A stretch of DNA of 64,000 nucleotides. Origin: Octopus bimaculoides. Taxonomy: Eukaryota. Made by a program: the position numbers and the translations under genes. A model generated the notes under the pieces. It worked only from the letters and a program-made list of their open reading frames with translations. It made no database searches and was not told where the DNA came from. Each line of letters starts with the position of its first letter. The stretch's first letter is position 1. Positions 13,870-27,335 of the stretch are shown piece after piece. The DNA is taken from contig NC_068983.1 of the NCBI RefSeq assembly GCF_001194135.2, positions 137,250,945 to 137,314,944 of the forward strand, given 5' to 3'.

Positions 13870-14135
13870 AGCTTACTCGTGTTTTGGTGATTGATCCGCA
13901 GCCATACTGAAACATAAACTTGAAGGGTTTAGTCGATCAGATTGACCCCAGTGCATAGTTTAAGCCTCGAAGTTCTTCACTCGACTTATTTTGCTGAACT
14001 ACAAAGTCACGGGGATGTTAGCAAACCAATACCGGTTGTCATGCGGTCAGAAGAAATGCAAATGCAAAGACGCATACACATACATCTATACGACGGACAC
14101 GTGGTTTGAAGGGAAATCTTTGACCACACAGCCAT
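13870..14135 (-). mobile_element. SINE family A (degenerate)
   Basis: Reverse complement matches the family-A 3' body (ggtgtgtttacgtccccataacttagcagttcg...gtgctccagcatggccgcagtc) seen at 21735-22095. Confidence 0.7.
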
Positions 14136-14687
14136 GCTTACGCCTATGCTTGCATCCATGAGTACTTATGTATATACATATGAATATGCATACATGTATA
14201 TATGCATATATGTACGCATGCATGTGTGTGTGATGGGGTGTATGTATACATGCATACGTGCATCCATCCATCCATCCATCCATCCATCCATCCATCCATC
14301 TATCCATTCATACATACATACGTTCATACACATACATACATACATACATACATACATACATACATACATACATACATACATGCATACATACATACGTATA
14401 TACCTGTAATTATTTGAGCACTGGGACATGTAACACACTGCCTGAAATACCAATCTTGAGAAATTAGGCTTCTCAAAACCAGAAAGGAGAAAGCTGATTC
14501 GAAGACTACAGATCCAATCCATCACTGGAAATGTAAAAATCTGTAAAACTTTCGGAAGTTTTTGTCATTTAAGCATATATGAGCTTGTCTAGACATGCAA
14601 CTATATGCATGAGAATTCATACATAAAAGAAAACGTACAAATCTGCACATATACATATATACATACATACATACATACATACATACG

Positions 14688-14728
<41 letters not shown>

Positions 14729-14849
14729 TATGTATGGTAGTCTCTTGAGTCCGAGAAAGATAGTTCTGCAATTTCTTGCTGAACTACCTGCACAGATGAT
14801 TTGTTTATAGCAATCTTTGTTTATAGCATGCTGTACATTAGCTCACTCC

Positions 14850-15005
14850 ATCAAATCAACATTACCTGTACAGGTGCACCGTGTGCCACGCGCCAGATGT
14901 CGAAGTGATTGCAGAGCAAAGTGAGATGATGTGCTTTGCACAAGACCACACCGGTCAGGATTTGAACCCACGATCTCGCGATCGTGAGTGCAACATTTAG
15001 ACCAT
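14850..15005 (-). mobile_element. tRNA/CORE-like SINE fragment
   Basis: Reverse complement has the B-box gggttcaaatcc followed by gtcttgtgcaaagcacatcatctcactttgctctg, similar to 44030-44320. Confidence 0.65.
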
Positions 15006-15280
15006 GCATACATACAAGCATACTTACAAACATACATGCATACGTACAAGAATACATAAGTACGTACGTACATACAAACACACATGCATACACACTCACA
15101 CATACATACATACATACATACATACATACATACATACATACATACAGACAGACAGACATACACACACACACACACAATAATGTAAAGGAAGTCTACGATG
15201 ATCGTTTTGAGGAATAGTCATCAGAATTTAGTTCAATGAAACGCGGTCGTTCGACCTGCTTGAAATAGAAGCTAAATCTT

Positions 15281-15379
15281 CCTCGAAGTAAGTCTTGGGT
15301 CCTCGAAGTAAGTCTTGGGTCCTCGAAGTAAGTCTTGGGTCCTCGAAGTAAGTCTTGGGTCCTCGAAGTAAGTCTTGGG
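15281..15379 (+). repeat. 20-bp minisatellite, 5 copies (cctcgaagtaagtcttgggt)
   Basis: Four perfect copies plus a fifth differing at its last base, with no spacers. Confidence 0.95.
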
Positions 15380-17310
15380 AAAGGAAAGAACAGTTTGAAT
15401 AATGTAGTCATATATGTTCACTTAAAAGATTGGATGACCATAGCTGAACTGGACTAGCTTTGATCACAACACTGCTCAGTCGGGGTTGTTGTGCAGGGAT
15501 TAAACAAGAGCAAAACTGATATCCCATTTTCACAGCGACCATTGTAACAATAATAACATTTCTGATTTAGATACGAGGCCAGCAATTTTGAAGGTGGGAG
15601 ATCAGTTGATACCATTGACTCCAATATTTGACTAGTGCTTTATTTTATCGACCCGGCAGAAGCGAATTGTAAAGTAGACTTTAGCTGGATTGAGCCGGGA
15701 CGAATACCACAAGTAATTTTTCCTGCTCTCTAATGATTTTCTCAGCTCACCATTATTAAAGCTAAAATAATAACAGCAATAGAAAGCAGCATCTTTGACG
15801 CCATCTCGAACAACAACAACAACAGCTAGTGCAGCAACAAGATCATTATCTCTTGAAAAGATATGTATAAATAAATGATTTCAGAATTTGCGCTGTGTGT
15901 TAACTCTGAAATTTGATCCTTTTCCTACCGAGGAGAAATGAATTAAAGAAAGATGAAAAAGAACACAGAAATAACAAAAACAATGATAATAAAAAGAAAA
16001 GACTTTGCGATAAATTGTCGGCCATTTCATCAATAATCGCAGTGACTAGTATGTATATAAAGCTGACGATGCAAAACATTGGTAATGGATACATTTGTCC
16101 TTTGAGAAGAATAAATTAAAAAAATAATGTCCACATGGAACCAAGCAGTTGTTTACTTAGAGACCTGATTTTGACTGTCGTAAATAGATATGTTTTAATT
16201 TTCAAGCACGATCACGCAGTGTTTACTCATTTCTTTGCAAAGACACATGTCCTTGGGTTTCTGGTTGAGTTGAAATTATATATAATGACTTTCATGGGCT
16301 TCTCTAGAATATTGGTGGAGTAAAATAAACATGAAATTCGTTTCGACTAGCAAATAATGTAGTAATTTATTTACTTAAATACAAATAAAGTTATGAGTGT
16401 TAAATTCTAGTCCAGATACATGAATATGAACATGATCTAACAGCAAACGAAGAGTAAACTATTCAAAACGTTGTTTTTTAGTACAGAAGGAGTAAAAAGA
16501 AAAACAAATTAACAGTCCGAGAAATCATTCCGTAGATAAGAATCCTCAATGTGTGACTTCAAAGGTGTTTTTTGTTTTTTCATTTCTTCAGGAAATTAGT
16601 GACACAAATAGAATAATTTCCCACTCCCACCCCAAGCAGCAAAGGCATGAGTAGTCTTATCCACGGCTTTACTGGAAGTAATTAACAACACGAATGAAAT
16701 GAATCTATACATGAAAATTACGTCGGTGTGGGTTCGGTTGAAAGCTGTGATCGCATGATGGTCGCATTATACTTTTGTTCACCTTGTAACCAACGGTATA
16801 TAACGATAAATATAGTATTAACTTTGTGGCGAGAAGTAAAACAATATGTAAGTATATATGCAGGGCCTCCGAGAGAAATTTTGCTATGTACGTCAAGATT
16901 GCTTTCGGTATTATCATCACTCTTCTCAAAATTCAAGGAGGCTGTGAGCATTTTCTATTTTCTTTTCTTTCTTTTTTTCAATTTTCTTATGGAGAGGCCT
17001 GTCACATATTCACGGGACTCGGGCTGATGTACCGGCTGAACCCGCCTTGTATAGGACGCGCGCGCGTATCTGTGTGGACTTGAAACGACATCACTATTAA
17101 TTATACCCATAATTTTATAATAATTTTATTCCGTCTTTTTTTTTGTATTTTGTTCCTTTTTTCTCTTCACGTGTGTGTGTGCGTGCGTGCGTGTGAGTGC
17201 CACGTGTGTGTGCGCATGAGTATGTTTATGCATGCGTATGTTTCAACCCTACAGATTTCGGGCTTTACGTTTCACTTTTTCAAGGGCAATTCGACTTTTC
17301 TCGAACTGCA

Positions 17311-17680
17311 GGTTACAGGTTATCATTCCCTTCTGTTAAATGTGAAACGTCCCCAGTTAACAATGATAATGTTCAAAGATTTAACTTTGTCTTTTTTGAC
17401 GACATGACCTTTTCATTTCATGTTGGTGCCATTTACCGTTACCGAGACCTAATTCTTCATTAAGTAATAGCATTAGAAACTTGAAATCATGACTCAAACT
17501 GATGATTACAGGTCATCATTCACTTCTGTTAAATATGAGATGTTCCCAATTAACAGATCTAATGTTCAAAGATTTAAGTTTGTCTTTTGTAATGACATGA
17601 CCTTTCTATTTTGTGTTGGTGCCTCTTACCGAGACCTAATTCTTCGTTAAGTAATGACTCCGGAAATATTAAATCAAGAC
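17311..17680 (+). repeat. diverged tandem duplication, two units of about 190 bp
   Basis: ttacaggt.atcatt..cttctgttaaat...aatgttcaaagatttaa.tttgtctttt...ttaccgagacctaattcttc.ttaagtaat occurs at about 17313 and again at about 17508. Confidence 0.9.
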
Positions 17681-17789
17681 GGATAATACAACCAACCCAT
17701 CGTATATATATATATATGTAGTTCATAAAGCAACTTTCCATATTAAGACAGTCCGCTTTTTCCAGTATTTCTGTGTTATGTATAAAAGA

Positions 17790-18322
17790 TTTACAACTGA
17801 TATTTAATGTTTTAAAGACGTCTGTTAAAATTTTTCGGACATCAATATAGCGTCCCTGTCTCAGACGAGTATAACAGGGATTTGCAAACTGTGATGCAAA
17901 TTTTCAAGATCCTCTCTGATCATATTCACTTTTGCAGTGTTCCAAACGCGATTGAAGCCCATTGAATTCTCAACTTAATCTCAGAATCTAGAGATTCATT
18001 ACTATAGACGGAGCTGTCGAGATATACAAAAATATTCAGTATGATCGTCTTGGCAATATAACTTGCAGAACTATGCACGGGACTTCCGCATGAGATTGAA
18101 CATGAAGAGTTGCGGACAATTGCGTAAGTAATTACGCAAGTGGTGACAACGAAACCGGTCTATGGTTAATCTTTATATCCTGCATCTTTGTCTTGCTCGC
18201 TTACGTTCTGGTGTTTGCTGAATTTTCTTGAGAACAATCTTTTCTTTGTGGTCAGACCATAGGTGGTCTACTTCTAGCAAAATGGATGTCCATTTAGTGG
18301 TCATCCCTTTTATATGTATGTA

Positions 18323-18382
<60 letters not shown>

Positions 18383-19010
18383 TTGTGTTTGTCTTTATAT
18401 CTGTTTCTCCTGCCACCGCTTGAACCGGTGTTGGTGTGTTCACATCCTCATAACTTTGAGGTTTGGCAGAAGAGACGGACAGAATAAGTACCAGGCTTTA
18501 AAAAATAAGTACTGGAGTCGATTCATTCGACTAAAATTTCTTCAAAGCGTGCCTCAGCATGGCCGCTGTCTAATGACTGAAACAGGTAAAAGATAAAGAT
18601 TAGAGTTATGTAAGCTTTCGATTTAGCTTTGAAACGATTCATTTTAAGAAGTTTCCCTGTTGTGCGATAGCCAAGATCATAGTCCTTAAATACATGAGCA
18701 ATTACGACAGCAAAGTGTATAGAGAACAAAGTTGGCGCAAATATACTCTTCTGCTTAACACGATTGTTCATAGCGATTGGTTCCAACAGAGCATCATTTG
18801 AGTTGAAGTAGGCTTGTGTATCAGTTCGTAGTTGGGCAAACACCAACACATTTAGGTGGGTAGCCTAACTTTCCCAAGATCTTCCATAATGCATTTCGAT
18901 TCTCTGTATCAAAGGCCTTCGTGAAATCTACAAACACTTGAAAAAAAGAGGAGTATGTTCTATACACTTCTTTTGCCGCTATGTAACGTTTAAAGATCAT
19001 ATGCATAGAG
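17790..19010 (-). mobile_element. RTE LINE RT fragments interrupted by a family-A SINE (18380-18600)
   Basis: FVDFTKAFDTENRNALWKILGKLGYPPK and VKQKSIFAPTLFSIHF (ORF track). FVYLDSSVYSNESLDSEIKLRIQWASIAFG..LLYSSET at about 17850-18050. Confidence 0.75.
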
Positions 19011-19208
19011 CCTTTTCTAGATCTGATTCTGCATTCAATTTCTGGGGCAACGATGGAACATACGTGTGTTTGTAAGGATTCAATAAACGTCTCGCGAATA
19101 TCTAACTTACAAGTAAGGCAATATCACGATCCTATTTCTAAGTTTTCCCAAATACTGTACATATTAATGTGGACCCTATTTTCACGTCTTCTGATCCATT
19201 TGGAACTG

Positions 19209-19425
19209 CGATGGGGTTGCTGAAAAGTTCCTGACCTTAAGAATATTGCGAAAGGCCTGGTTGGGGGCCCAACTTTCCGAGTCTTTTACATGGCTTAGAA
19301 AAACTGAAGGACTGCTGCAATAAGTGTGTGAATCTGAGAGCGGAATATGTTGAATAAAATCATAATTAACTGATCCTCCTGTATTTCCTTTTACCTAAAA
19401 CCAGAAACTTTTCAGCACTCCATCG
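19209..19425. mobile_element. mariner-like MITE
   Basis: Imperfect TIRs cgatggggttgctgaaaagttcctg / ccagaaacttttcagcactccatcg, followed by TA on the right. Confidence 0.75.
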
Positions 19426-20051
19426 TATACTTCCGAAAAACAAATTCTGTGACATATTCTAATTCAAAATCATCTAGTTTGATTATTTCCATGCTAGTTG
19501 AAAGTATCTTGCAATACATGTCATTAAGTTCTATGCCCCATTTTTTTATGCTTCGTTTAACAATTCAATGAATATATTCAATTTTGCAAAGATCGTCGAT
19601 ATTAGGATTGTGTCGTTTGGCTTTCTAATATCTATGTAGAGGACTCCAGCAAATACCAGGCTTTTATCGAAGTTTTTCAGTTCTTTCATAACACGTCAGG
19701 AAGATGTCGGAAAGGCAGACTCACTCGTATTCGAACCAATCTATCGGTTAACTATTCACGAACATAGCACTTACGATAGTGTTGTATAACGCGTCTCTGA
19801 TTTGCACTATCTTCAGGAGTACAGTTATTTCTGTTATTACCTTTTATAAGACCTTTTCCTAAATAGCATCGAAGGCAGCTTTAAAGTCGACGAAGTTGAG
19901 GTGTAAGGGCATTTTGTGTCCTTTTTTACTCTCTTTTCTATGTCTCTCTGACCGTACCTCTATTAACTGTATAAGTATAAAACCAAAATTAACTCTCCCC
20001 GTCGTTTCGTTTTTATCCGCTCAGAGTGAGCAGAGTACGTGTGTGTGTGTG

Positions 20052-20094
<43 letters not shown>

Positions 20095-20130
20095 GTGGCG
20101 TATGCGAGTTCTGAATACCATGTGAAGAAT

Positions 20131-20227
20131 TTATAAATAAATTCCCCACCACTCATATTTTGGCAGTCATGTGTATGGTTTATATACATGACTGCCAAAA
20201 TATGAGTGGTAGGGAATTTATTTATAA
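20131..20227. repeat. near-perfect 42-bp-arm hairpin (inverted repeat)
   Basis: ttataaataaattccccaccactcatattttggcagtcatgt ... acatgactgccaaaatatgagtggtagggaatttatttataa, with one mismatch and a loop of about 13 nt. Confidence 0.95.
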
Positions 20228-20497
20228 CCTCCATTTTTTTAAATCAGTTTTATTCATAATGTATTTTCTTCTCTCAAATTGTTTAGTGCTAGAAAATATT
20301 TCACAAAAACAATGTCAGTTAAAAGTCTTTAGAGAGTCTTGTAAGAAAGAGAAATAAGAATTGTATGATGCTAAATTTTATACATTGTTCAGGTTATTCT
20401 ACATTCGNNNNNNNNNNNNNNNNNNNNNNNNNNNNNNNNNNNNNNNNNNNNNNNNNNNNNNNNNNNNNNNNNNNNNNNNNNNNNNNNNNNNNNNNNN

Positions 20498-20570
<73 letters not shown>

Positions 20571-21734
20571 CACTCTCTTAAATGTGCATCTCAGATCTGC
20601 CAGCTTGTCTTCTCCACTTCATTTCACTCTTGCATATGCATTCTTACCTACTCTCCTGCTTAACGGGAGAAAATAAAATTTTCAGTATCTTTTTTTGAGT
20701 GACGAGATCGGAACATATGAAGGAACGGATGACTCCAACCAAGAAATCAACATTTTATCCATTTAATAATTGTAGTGCGTATGTTTCTGTATGTGTATGC
20801 ATCGTTGTTGTTGATATTTTCAGCAATGGAAGCTTGAAAGCTTGCAAATAAGGAGCTTTAACTGCAGAACGAAACCATAGAATATTTTCAAGCAACAGGT
20901 TGATACTCTTATCAACAGAAACACAATAATCAAAGCAATTTTCAACACGTCTCGAAAATTGTGAGTTCATATTTAACTTCAGGTAATAATTGTGCTTTGA
21001 GTAAAATACTTTCTCATCTGATTTAACCCTTTGAAAACTGATTGCTAGGGAAGGAAAAAACAAGGTAACACAACAATGTATTCATCCATAGACATGAAAC
21101 GTTAGAGTTATATAGAACTAGCAACCGTATCTGACCTGACCTGGGGTTATTAGAACAGTACATGCAGTAAAATAATTACAGTCAAATAAATTCATTATAA
21201 ATTTGGATAAATTGCCTTTAGAAAATGTTGGCACTCTTCAGCTAGTCCGGGAATATTATTCCACTAAGAATTGTTGCAATTCAAAAGATGGTTCAAGCTG
21301 TTTCATAAAAATAGCAAAAAATAAATCTAAGTTAAAATATTACTTCCATTTTCACAAGGAAAACATGCTTTTCTTTCTTTTTTCTTTTCTTTTTTTTCCA
21401 TTTTTTTTAAAAGAAAAACTGTACTAATTTACATAATTACTTTAAATTAGTTTTTCTCTTAATCAGTAAATTTTTCCAGTATCTATTGCAGTACTTGGCG
21501 TTATACAATATTCTTGGTTTTTGTCAGAAGCTAAAATGAAATTTCAGAAATTATTACGTTATGACTGCTTACTTAAAAAAAAAGATCTATCCCTATTTAA
21601 AATTTCATTTAGCTAGTTGCCCTGAGCTATGGTCTACGACTTAGAACATGCATACATACATACATACATACATACATTTTTATTGTGTGCGGTTTATGTT
21701 TTTCCACTGCGATGAAATAAGAATATATCTGTGG

Positions 21735-22095
21735 GTGTGTTGTAAGTGGCTTGCTTACCAACCACATGGCTCCGGAGTCAGTCCCACTGCGTGTCACTCC
21801 GAGCAAGTGTCTTCTACTATAGTCTCGGGCCGACCAAAGCCTTGTGAGTGGATTTGGTTGACGGAAACTGAAAGAAGCCTGCCATATGTGTATGAGTGCT
21901 TTTCCCTCCACCCACCATCGCTTGACAATTGATGCTGGTGTGTTTACGTCCCCATAACTTAGCAGTTCGACAAAAGAAACCGATAGAATAAGTACTAGGC
22001 TTACAAAGAATGAGCCCTGGGGTCGATTTGTTCGACTAAAGGCGGTGCTCCAGCATGGCCGCAGTCAAATGACTGAAACAGATAAAAAAGTAAAA
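21735..22095 (+). mobile_element. SINE family A, near full length (tRNA/CORE-like head). Other copies: 18380-18600 +, 23005-23330 +, 33820-34130 +, 38865-39245 -, 63720-63900 -
   Basis: Shared body gcaagtgtcttctactatag..ggccgaccaaagccttgtgagtggatttggt.gacggaaactgaaagaagcc-[microsatellite]-...ccagcatggccgcagtcaaatgactgaaaca. Confidence 0.9.
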
Positions 22096-23740
22096 GAGTT
22101 GGGATTACGAAACTGCAACGCAGCCTCAGCTTGTTGAGAACTAACCACTTACACATCACCAACTGCAGAAAGGGGTAAAACAATACGAGTGTTGTTTGTT
22201 TTTTTATATATCCAACTATCTTCAACAGACGATAAGAACGGCCAAGGTACACCGATTTGTTGCTACCCAGTTTTCTGTCTGCACCATCCACCGGAAGCAG
22301 CATTAACTTATCAGATACTGCTCGTCAGAAAGATTTTCCCCGGAGAATGTAAGTTCCAAAATGTTATAAACTTGAAACTGTAAGTAACGATTCCTGAGAC
22401 TGCCTGAGTGCTGATGCTTAATCCTGTACATTACCTTTCCCTCAAGTTGGTGATTAGTATTCCTTTGCAGCTAATACAGGGCTATGAAAACAGACCATCA
22501 GAGAAACAGAAAGATGAGCAAAGTTGGCGGAAATGGTTGAGTGTTATTCTAAGTTCTTATCACTCTGAAGTTGACTTTACATTTCATTACTCTCACCATC
22601 ATCATCATCATCATCATCTGTCGGCCACAATTTTCACTCACGTCGAGCGCAATGTAAGACGTGTCACACATCATCTTCTGTTATTCGTATCTCAAAGTCC
22701 ATCGGCAGTCACAACATCACTGTCTTCTCCTTTCAGAATTTTGGCCATAGTTTTGGAATGAGAGTTGATAAAATAGTAACAAAAATATACTCGTGTTAAT
22801 TGAATCTGGTCTACTCACTGACAAAAGTTAATTTCTCACATTTTCGCAAAGCGATTCACGCGGTACAAAAAAATATCGTTTGAAACGAATCCAGGACATT
22901 GAGCTGATAAGAAGGTGGTAAAAAAAAAAAGAAACGACGCCCTAGGGTCTATGAAATATTTTGAAATTAGATAATAAGATAAGCTGTAACCAAATAACTA
23001 AATCAAAGCCGACGTGGCTGAGCAGTGAGAAGTTTGCTTCCTCATCAGATGGTTTCGTGAGCAGTCCCAGTGGGAACCGACCAAAGCCTTTAGAGTGCAT
23101 TTGGTTGACGGAAACTGAAAGAAGCCCGTCGTTTATATATGTGTGTGTGTGTGCGCGCGCGCGCATGTATATGTGTATCTTTGTGTTTGTGTTTGTCCCC
23201 TACCACCGCTTGATAACCAGTGTTGGTTTGTTTGCAGTTCGGCAAAAGGGCACAATAGAACTGGTACCAAACAAATCAAATACTGCGATCGATTTGTTCG
23301 ATAATCCCAGCATGGCCGCAGAAACATAAGTCTGATCACACTGACTGATCGATCTTAAGCAGTTTCTCTCTCTGGGACCTCAGCTCCTTGATGGGGTCGC
23401 AGTAACATTCGGCGTGTCTTAAGTGTTTTAAACTTGGTCGAAACTATCCTTCTCCAGGTTTAAACACGGTTAATTTCTTCCTGAGATGAAGTAGTGTGTG
23501 TGTGTGTGTATGAGAGAGAGAGAGAGAGAGAGAGGCAGAAGAAAGGCGGAAAGGAGAGAGAGAGAAGACGAACCGGTCCCAATAATTGACTGGTATTTGT
23601 TTATCGACTTCAAAAGGATGAAAGGCATATTTTACATATGTGGGATCTGAACTCAGGACCAATACCATAAAACATTCTATCCGATGTTCTAACGATTCTG
23701 CCAATCGACCGCTACAAAACAATGATACGCAACATTAGCT

Positions 23741-24291
23741 GGATCTATTTTAAAACGGGGGCGCCAGTTTTCATTTATGTTTTATGTAGTGTTTTTGGTA
23801 CCGAAAGACTTTCAAACTTCGTATACTTATCTATTTTGTGTTATAGAACAGAAAAATATTTTTGTATTCGAATTTATTTCATGTAAAAAATTTGTCTTAT
23901 TTCGATAATTTCTACTAATCACTGACGTCTATTCAGTTGAAAACAGTTAGCGCTGTAACGGTGTATATCGTATTAATCCCCGTTAGTTCTGACATTTCCG
24001 ATTAACTAAACTGTTAACCCTAACCCTAANNNNNNNNNNGTCACAGGGAATAACATTTTTATGACCGCCCAGCACTTAATGTATTCGGCTGAATGGACGT
24101 CAGTGATTGGTTGAAATTACAGAAATACGACAACTTTAACATGGAATAACTTACGAATTCCTTTTTTTTGTCAAGAAGACTAAGAGTAAAAGATATTTTA
24201 TATGACACATTCTACCAGTGTCTCAAGTTTCAAAGTGTTTCGTTAGTGTTTCGTTAAGAAAATACTGGCGCCCCCGTTTTAAAATAGATCC
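23741..24291. mobile_element. MITE with perfect 28-bp TIRs and 8-bp TSD (Merlin-like or hAT-like), telomeric-repeat core
   Basis: TIR GGATCTATTTTAAAACGGGGGCGCCAGT at both ends. TSD CATTAGCT at 23733-23740 and 24292-24299. Central taaccctaaccctaa next to a small gap. Confidence 0.9.
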
Positions 24292-24738
24292 CATTAGCTG
24301 AGTCTTCCCTATTACCAGTTATGTAATATATAAAACAATACAAATTCATTTACAGATTCCTCCTCTTCCTCCTCCCCTTTTAGTCTCCATCATTCTTATT
24401 TCCTTTCCGTCATCATTTCCCTCTGCCACCATTTCCTTTCATTGCAATATCTTTTCCACCGAACTGCATGAATTATTGAACACAAACGTTAGCACGCAGA
24501 ATCGTTTGTACTCCGGACAAACGACTTGTTGGCATTTCTTCCAGTTTTACATTTTGAGTTCAAATTCCGCTGAGGAACTGAACTTTGTCTTTTTTTCTTC
24601 TGAGGTCGATAAAATAAGTACGAGTCGAGCACTGGTGTCGATATAATCGACTCGTCCTTTTCACGATAATTTCAGGCCCTTGTACTTATAGTAGAAAGCA
24701 TTATTGAATACCACACCACACACACACACACACACACA

Positions 24739-24779
<41 letters not shown>

Positions 24780-24989
24780 ACTCACTCTCTCTTTTTTCTT
24801 TCTTTCATATACACATATACGTGTGCGCGCACGCACACACACACACACGCACACACTAACATTCTCTTGTTTGTAAGTTGTCACACTGTCACACGTATCA
24901 TGGCTTCCAGTGGAGATTACTCACAAAATAATACCTATTTATAACAGGATGTCCCTTATTGAACCATCTGGTTCAACATTGTTGCTCCT

Positions 24990-25690
24990 TTAAACCTCTG
25001 AAGCATAAAATTGGTGTCAAGAGATGTCATGGTCGACAATGGAGAGAACAACATTGAAATATTCATAAAAAATATCCGAAGAAATAACGAGATTAATTTG
25101 ACACTCTGCTGACAAATTGTACAGTAATTCAAATACAATAGAGAAAACGAAAGAAGTTTTTTGATGAGTTATGAAAGCCGTTCAGAGGATTCTGATGCAT
25201 GAAACTCCCTTATTTTGGAGGGGTTCTCCGCCCCGATTGACGATTCCTTCAAGTAGAAGCTTAACAAGATTTGAAACTGGAAAGAACACTTCTCATACTT
25301 TTTTGTTGATCTGGAAATAGTTGTCTACACCGGAAAGTCTTTTGACCACAAAGTGCATGTCCTCTGCACAAACGTAAAATGCCCATGCAACTACCAAAAT
25401 ACTTTCAAATGAATTGACCGACATGAAAATTATAACATACTGTTGTAAGTTTGGGGAACTACTATTTAAACCCATGGATTTACTCAACGAAGTATACCGT
25501 TACAAACTGGAAAACATTACTCCAAATGTTTGTGTAAGGTTCTGAATTTTTTTTTCGCGATGCCTGCCATGGCAGCCTTAGCAAAATGCTTGTTCATCGA
25601 ACATTTTGCGAAAACTACAAATTGAAGTTGCAGATTTCAGATACACAAAACCTTTAGCGCAAGAAAGTATGCTAAATACTTCTGACAAAG
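24990..25690 (+). mobile_element. hAT transposase C-terminal relic
   Basis: RKRKKFFDE motif (about 25141), SL..RFE, and LENITPNVCV...MPA...AQER resembling the hAT dimerisation domain. Heavily frameshifted. Confidence 0.55.
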
Positions 25691-26034
25691 CTAAAACCCA
25701 GTTCGGTATTGTGTGATCTTTGGTAATAAATAAATAGTTAAAATTATGCTGCACTTGGTTCTGATAACTGGTGAACGGGAGTTCGAAAACAACCTTCTTC
25801 TAGGGATAAATCTTTCTGTCCACGGTTCTGAAGAACCATACATGTTATTTATCATACGACTACAACATAATGTTCATGGGAACGAAATTTTTAAAAATGT
25901 CAGGTATTATTTTTACGCTCAACTTATAAAGAGGGTAGGAAACAACATTACAAAATAGGAGAGACAGACAGAATGAAAGCTAGTGGATGAGATAACTGCT
26001 TGTCAGCTGAATCAGTAGAAAATCTGTGAAGACC

Positions 26035-26066
<32 letters not shown>

Positions 26067-26469
26067 CCAATCTGCCAACTAAATTGAATGCTTATCTTGA
26101 AGATTTTGATAGATTTCGTTAATTTCATGGCGGTGATTTAGCAGAATCAGTAGAATGTCAGATTAAATGCCTTAAAATATTGTGTTTCGTTCCTCTACTT
26201 TCTAACTTCACATTCTTTTGTTTCGCCAACGTAAATTTTTTCAAGAAAATTTAAGAGGCCTTGTCATCGATACTACACAGCACCAACGACAGAATAAAAT
26301 TGATTGATCTTTTAGTTAATAATACTATTCTGGACAACTGAATCGTTGGTTTGTAGTAATGAGTTCATTATTCAGGACGAGAGTAGTTTCTCAAGCGTTT
26401 TATATTACTACCAATCAGAAATAAGCATATTCCGTAAATGTAACTGCTACTTTTTCCGCTTTATTTTTA

Positions 26470-27335
26470 TTTATTTATTTATTATTATTATTGTTGTTGT
26501 TGTTGTTGTTGTTGCCTTTGCACAGCTTCTAACGCTGGAGATGTATTACAGTGTCAGCTGTTCACTACCAGTGAACTAAGGTAACACCTCTTATTGTTCG
26601 AACACCTTCCGGAGTATTCGAGCGGTTCCAAGCAGTGCTGTTTTCTGCGAGTGCTCCACCCTTACTGCAGCCCCTATTTGTTCCATGTACTTCTCGAGAT
26701 TTTTGCTCACTGTTCCCAGGGCTCCGACAATTATTAGTACTACTGCTACCTTTTTCATCGACCACAACTACTTAACTTCCCAAGCTAACCTGTCATATCT
26801 CTCGACTTTTCTTTCTTCTTTATCGCACACCTTGTTGTCAGCTGGGCATGCTATATCTATGATCCAGCATAGTTTGTTTTCTTTCTCAATTAAGACTATG
26901 TCCGGCTTCCTATTCTCTATCTCATGGTCGCACTGAATCCTAAAATCTTTGCATTTCCATTTTCGACGATGCCTTCATGTTTGTGGTCGTACCAATTTTT
27001 TGGCTCTGTCAAGTTCATACTTGTTGCAAAGTGTCTTATGGACAAGCCTGGCTAAATTGTTGTGGCATCTCTTATATTCCTTCTGGGCTAGTGGCGTACA
27101 TTGGCTGGTAATATGCCATACGGTTTCACCGTTTTATCTACAGATTCTGCACTTATCACTTTCTGCTGTGTTGTCTATTCTGTATTTTATCTAGTTGGTT
27201 CTTAGTGATGGCTCTTGGGCAACACAGATTAGAGCCTCCGTTTCCGGTTTTAAATCACTTTTAGTCATCCACAGCCATCTTTTTTCTCTGTCTGTCTTAT
27301 CTTCAACATCCCTATGAAATTGACCAAGTCTAAGA
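26470..27335 (-). mobile_element. Dong/R4-clade non-LTR retrotransposon 3' end (CCHC finger + restriction-like endonuclease)
   Basis: Minus translation: GQFHRD...LKPETEALICVAQE...KYRID...CRICR..ETVWHITSQCTPLAQKEYKRCHNN...RKPDIVLIEK...IIDIACP...QKTALLGTARILRKVFEQ*. The 3' tail runs into (CAA)n(TAA)n. Confidence 0.9.

Noticed and set aside
15281-15379. CRISPR-like regular repeat
   Set aside because: There are no spacers and the context is eukaryotic. It is a plain minisatellite.
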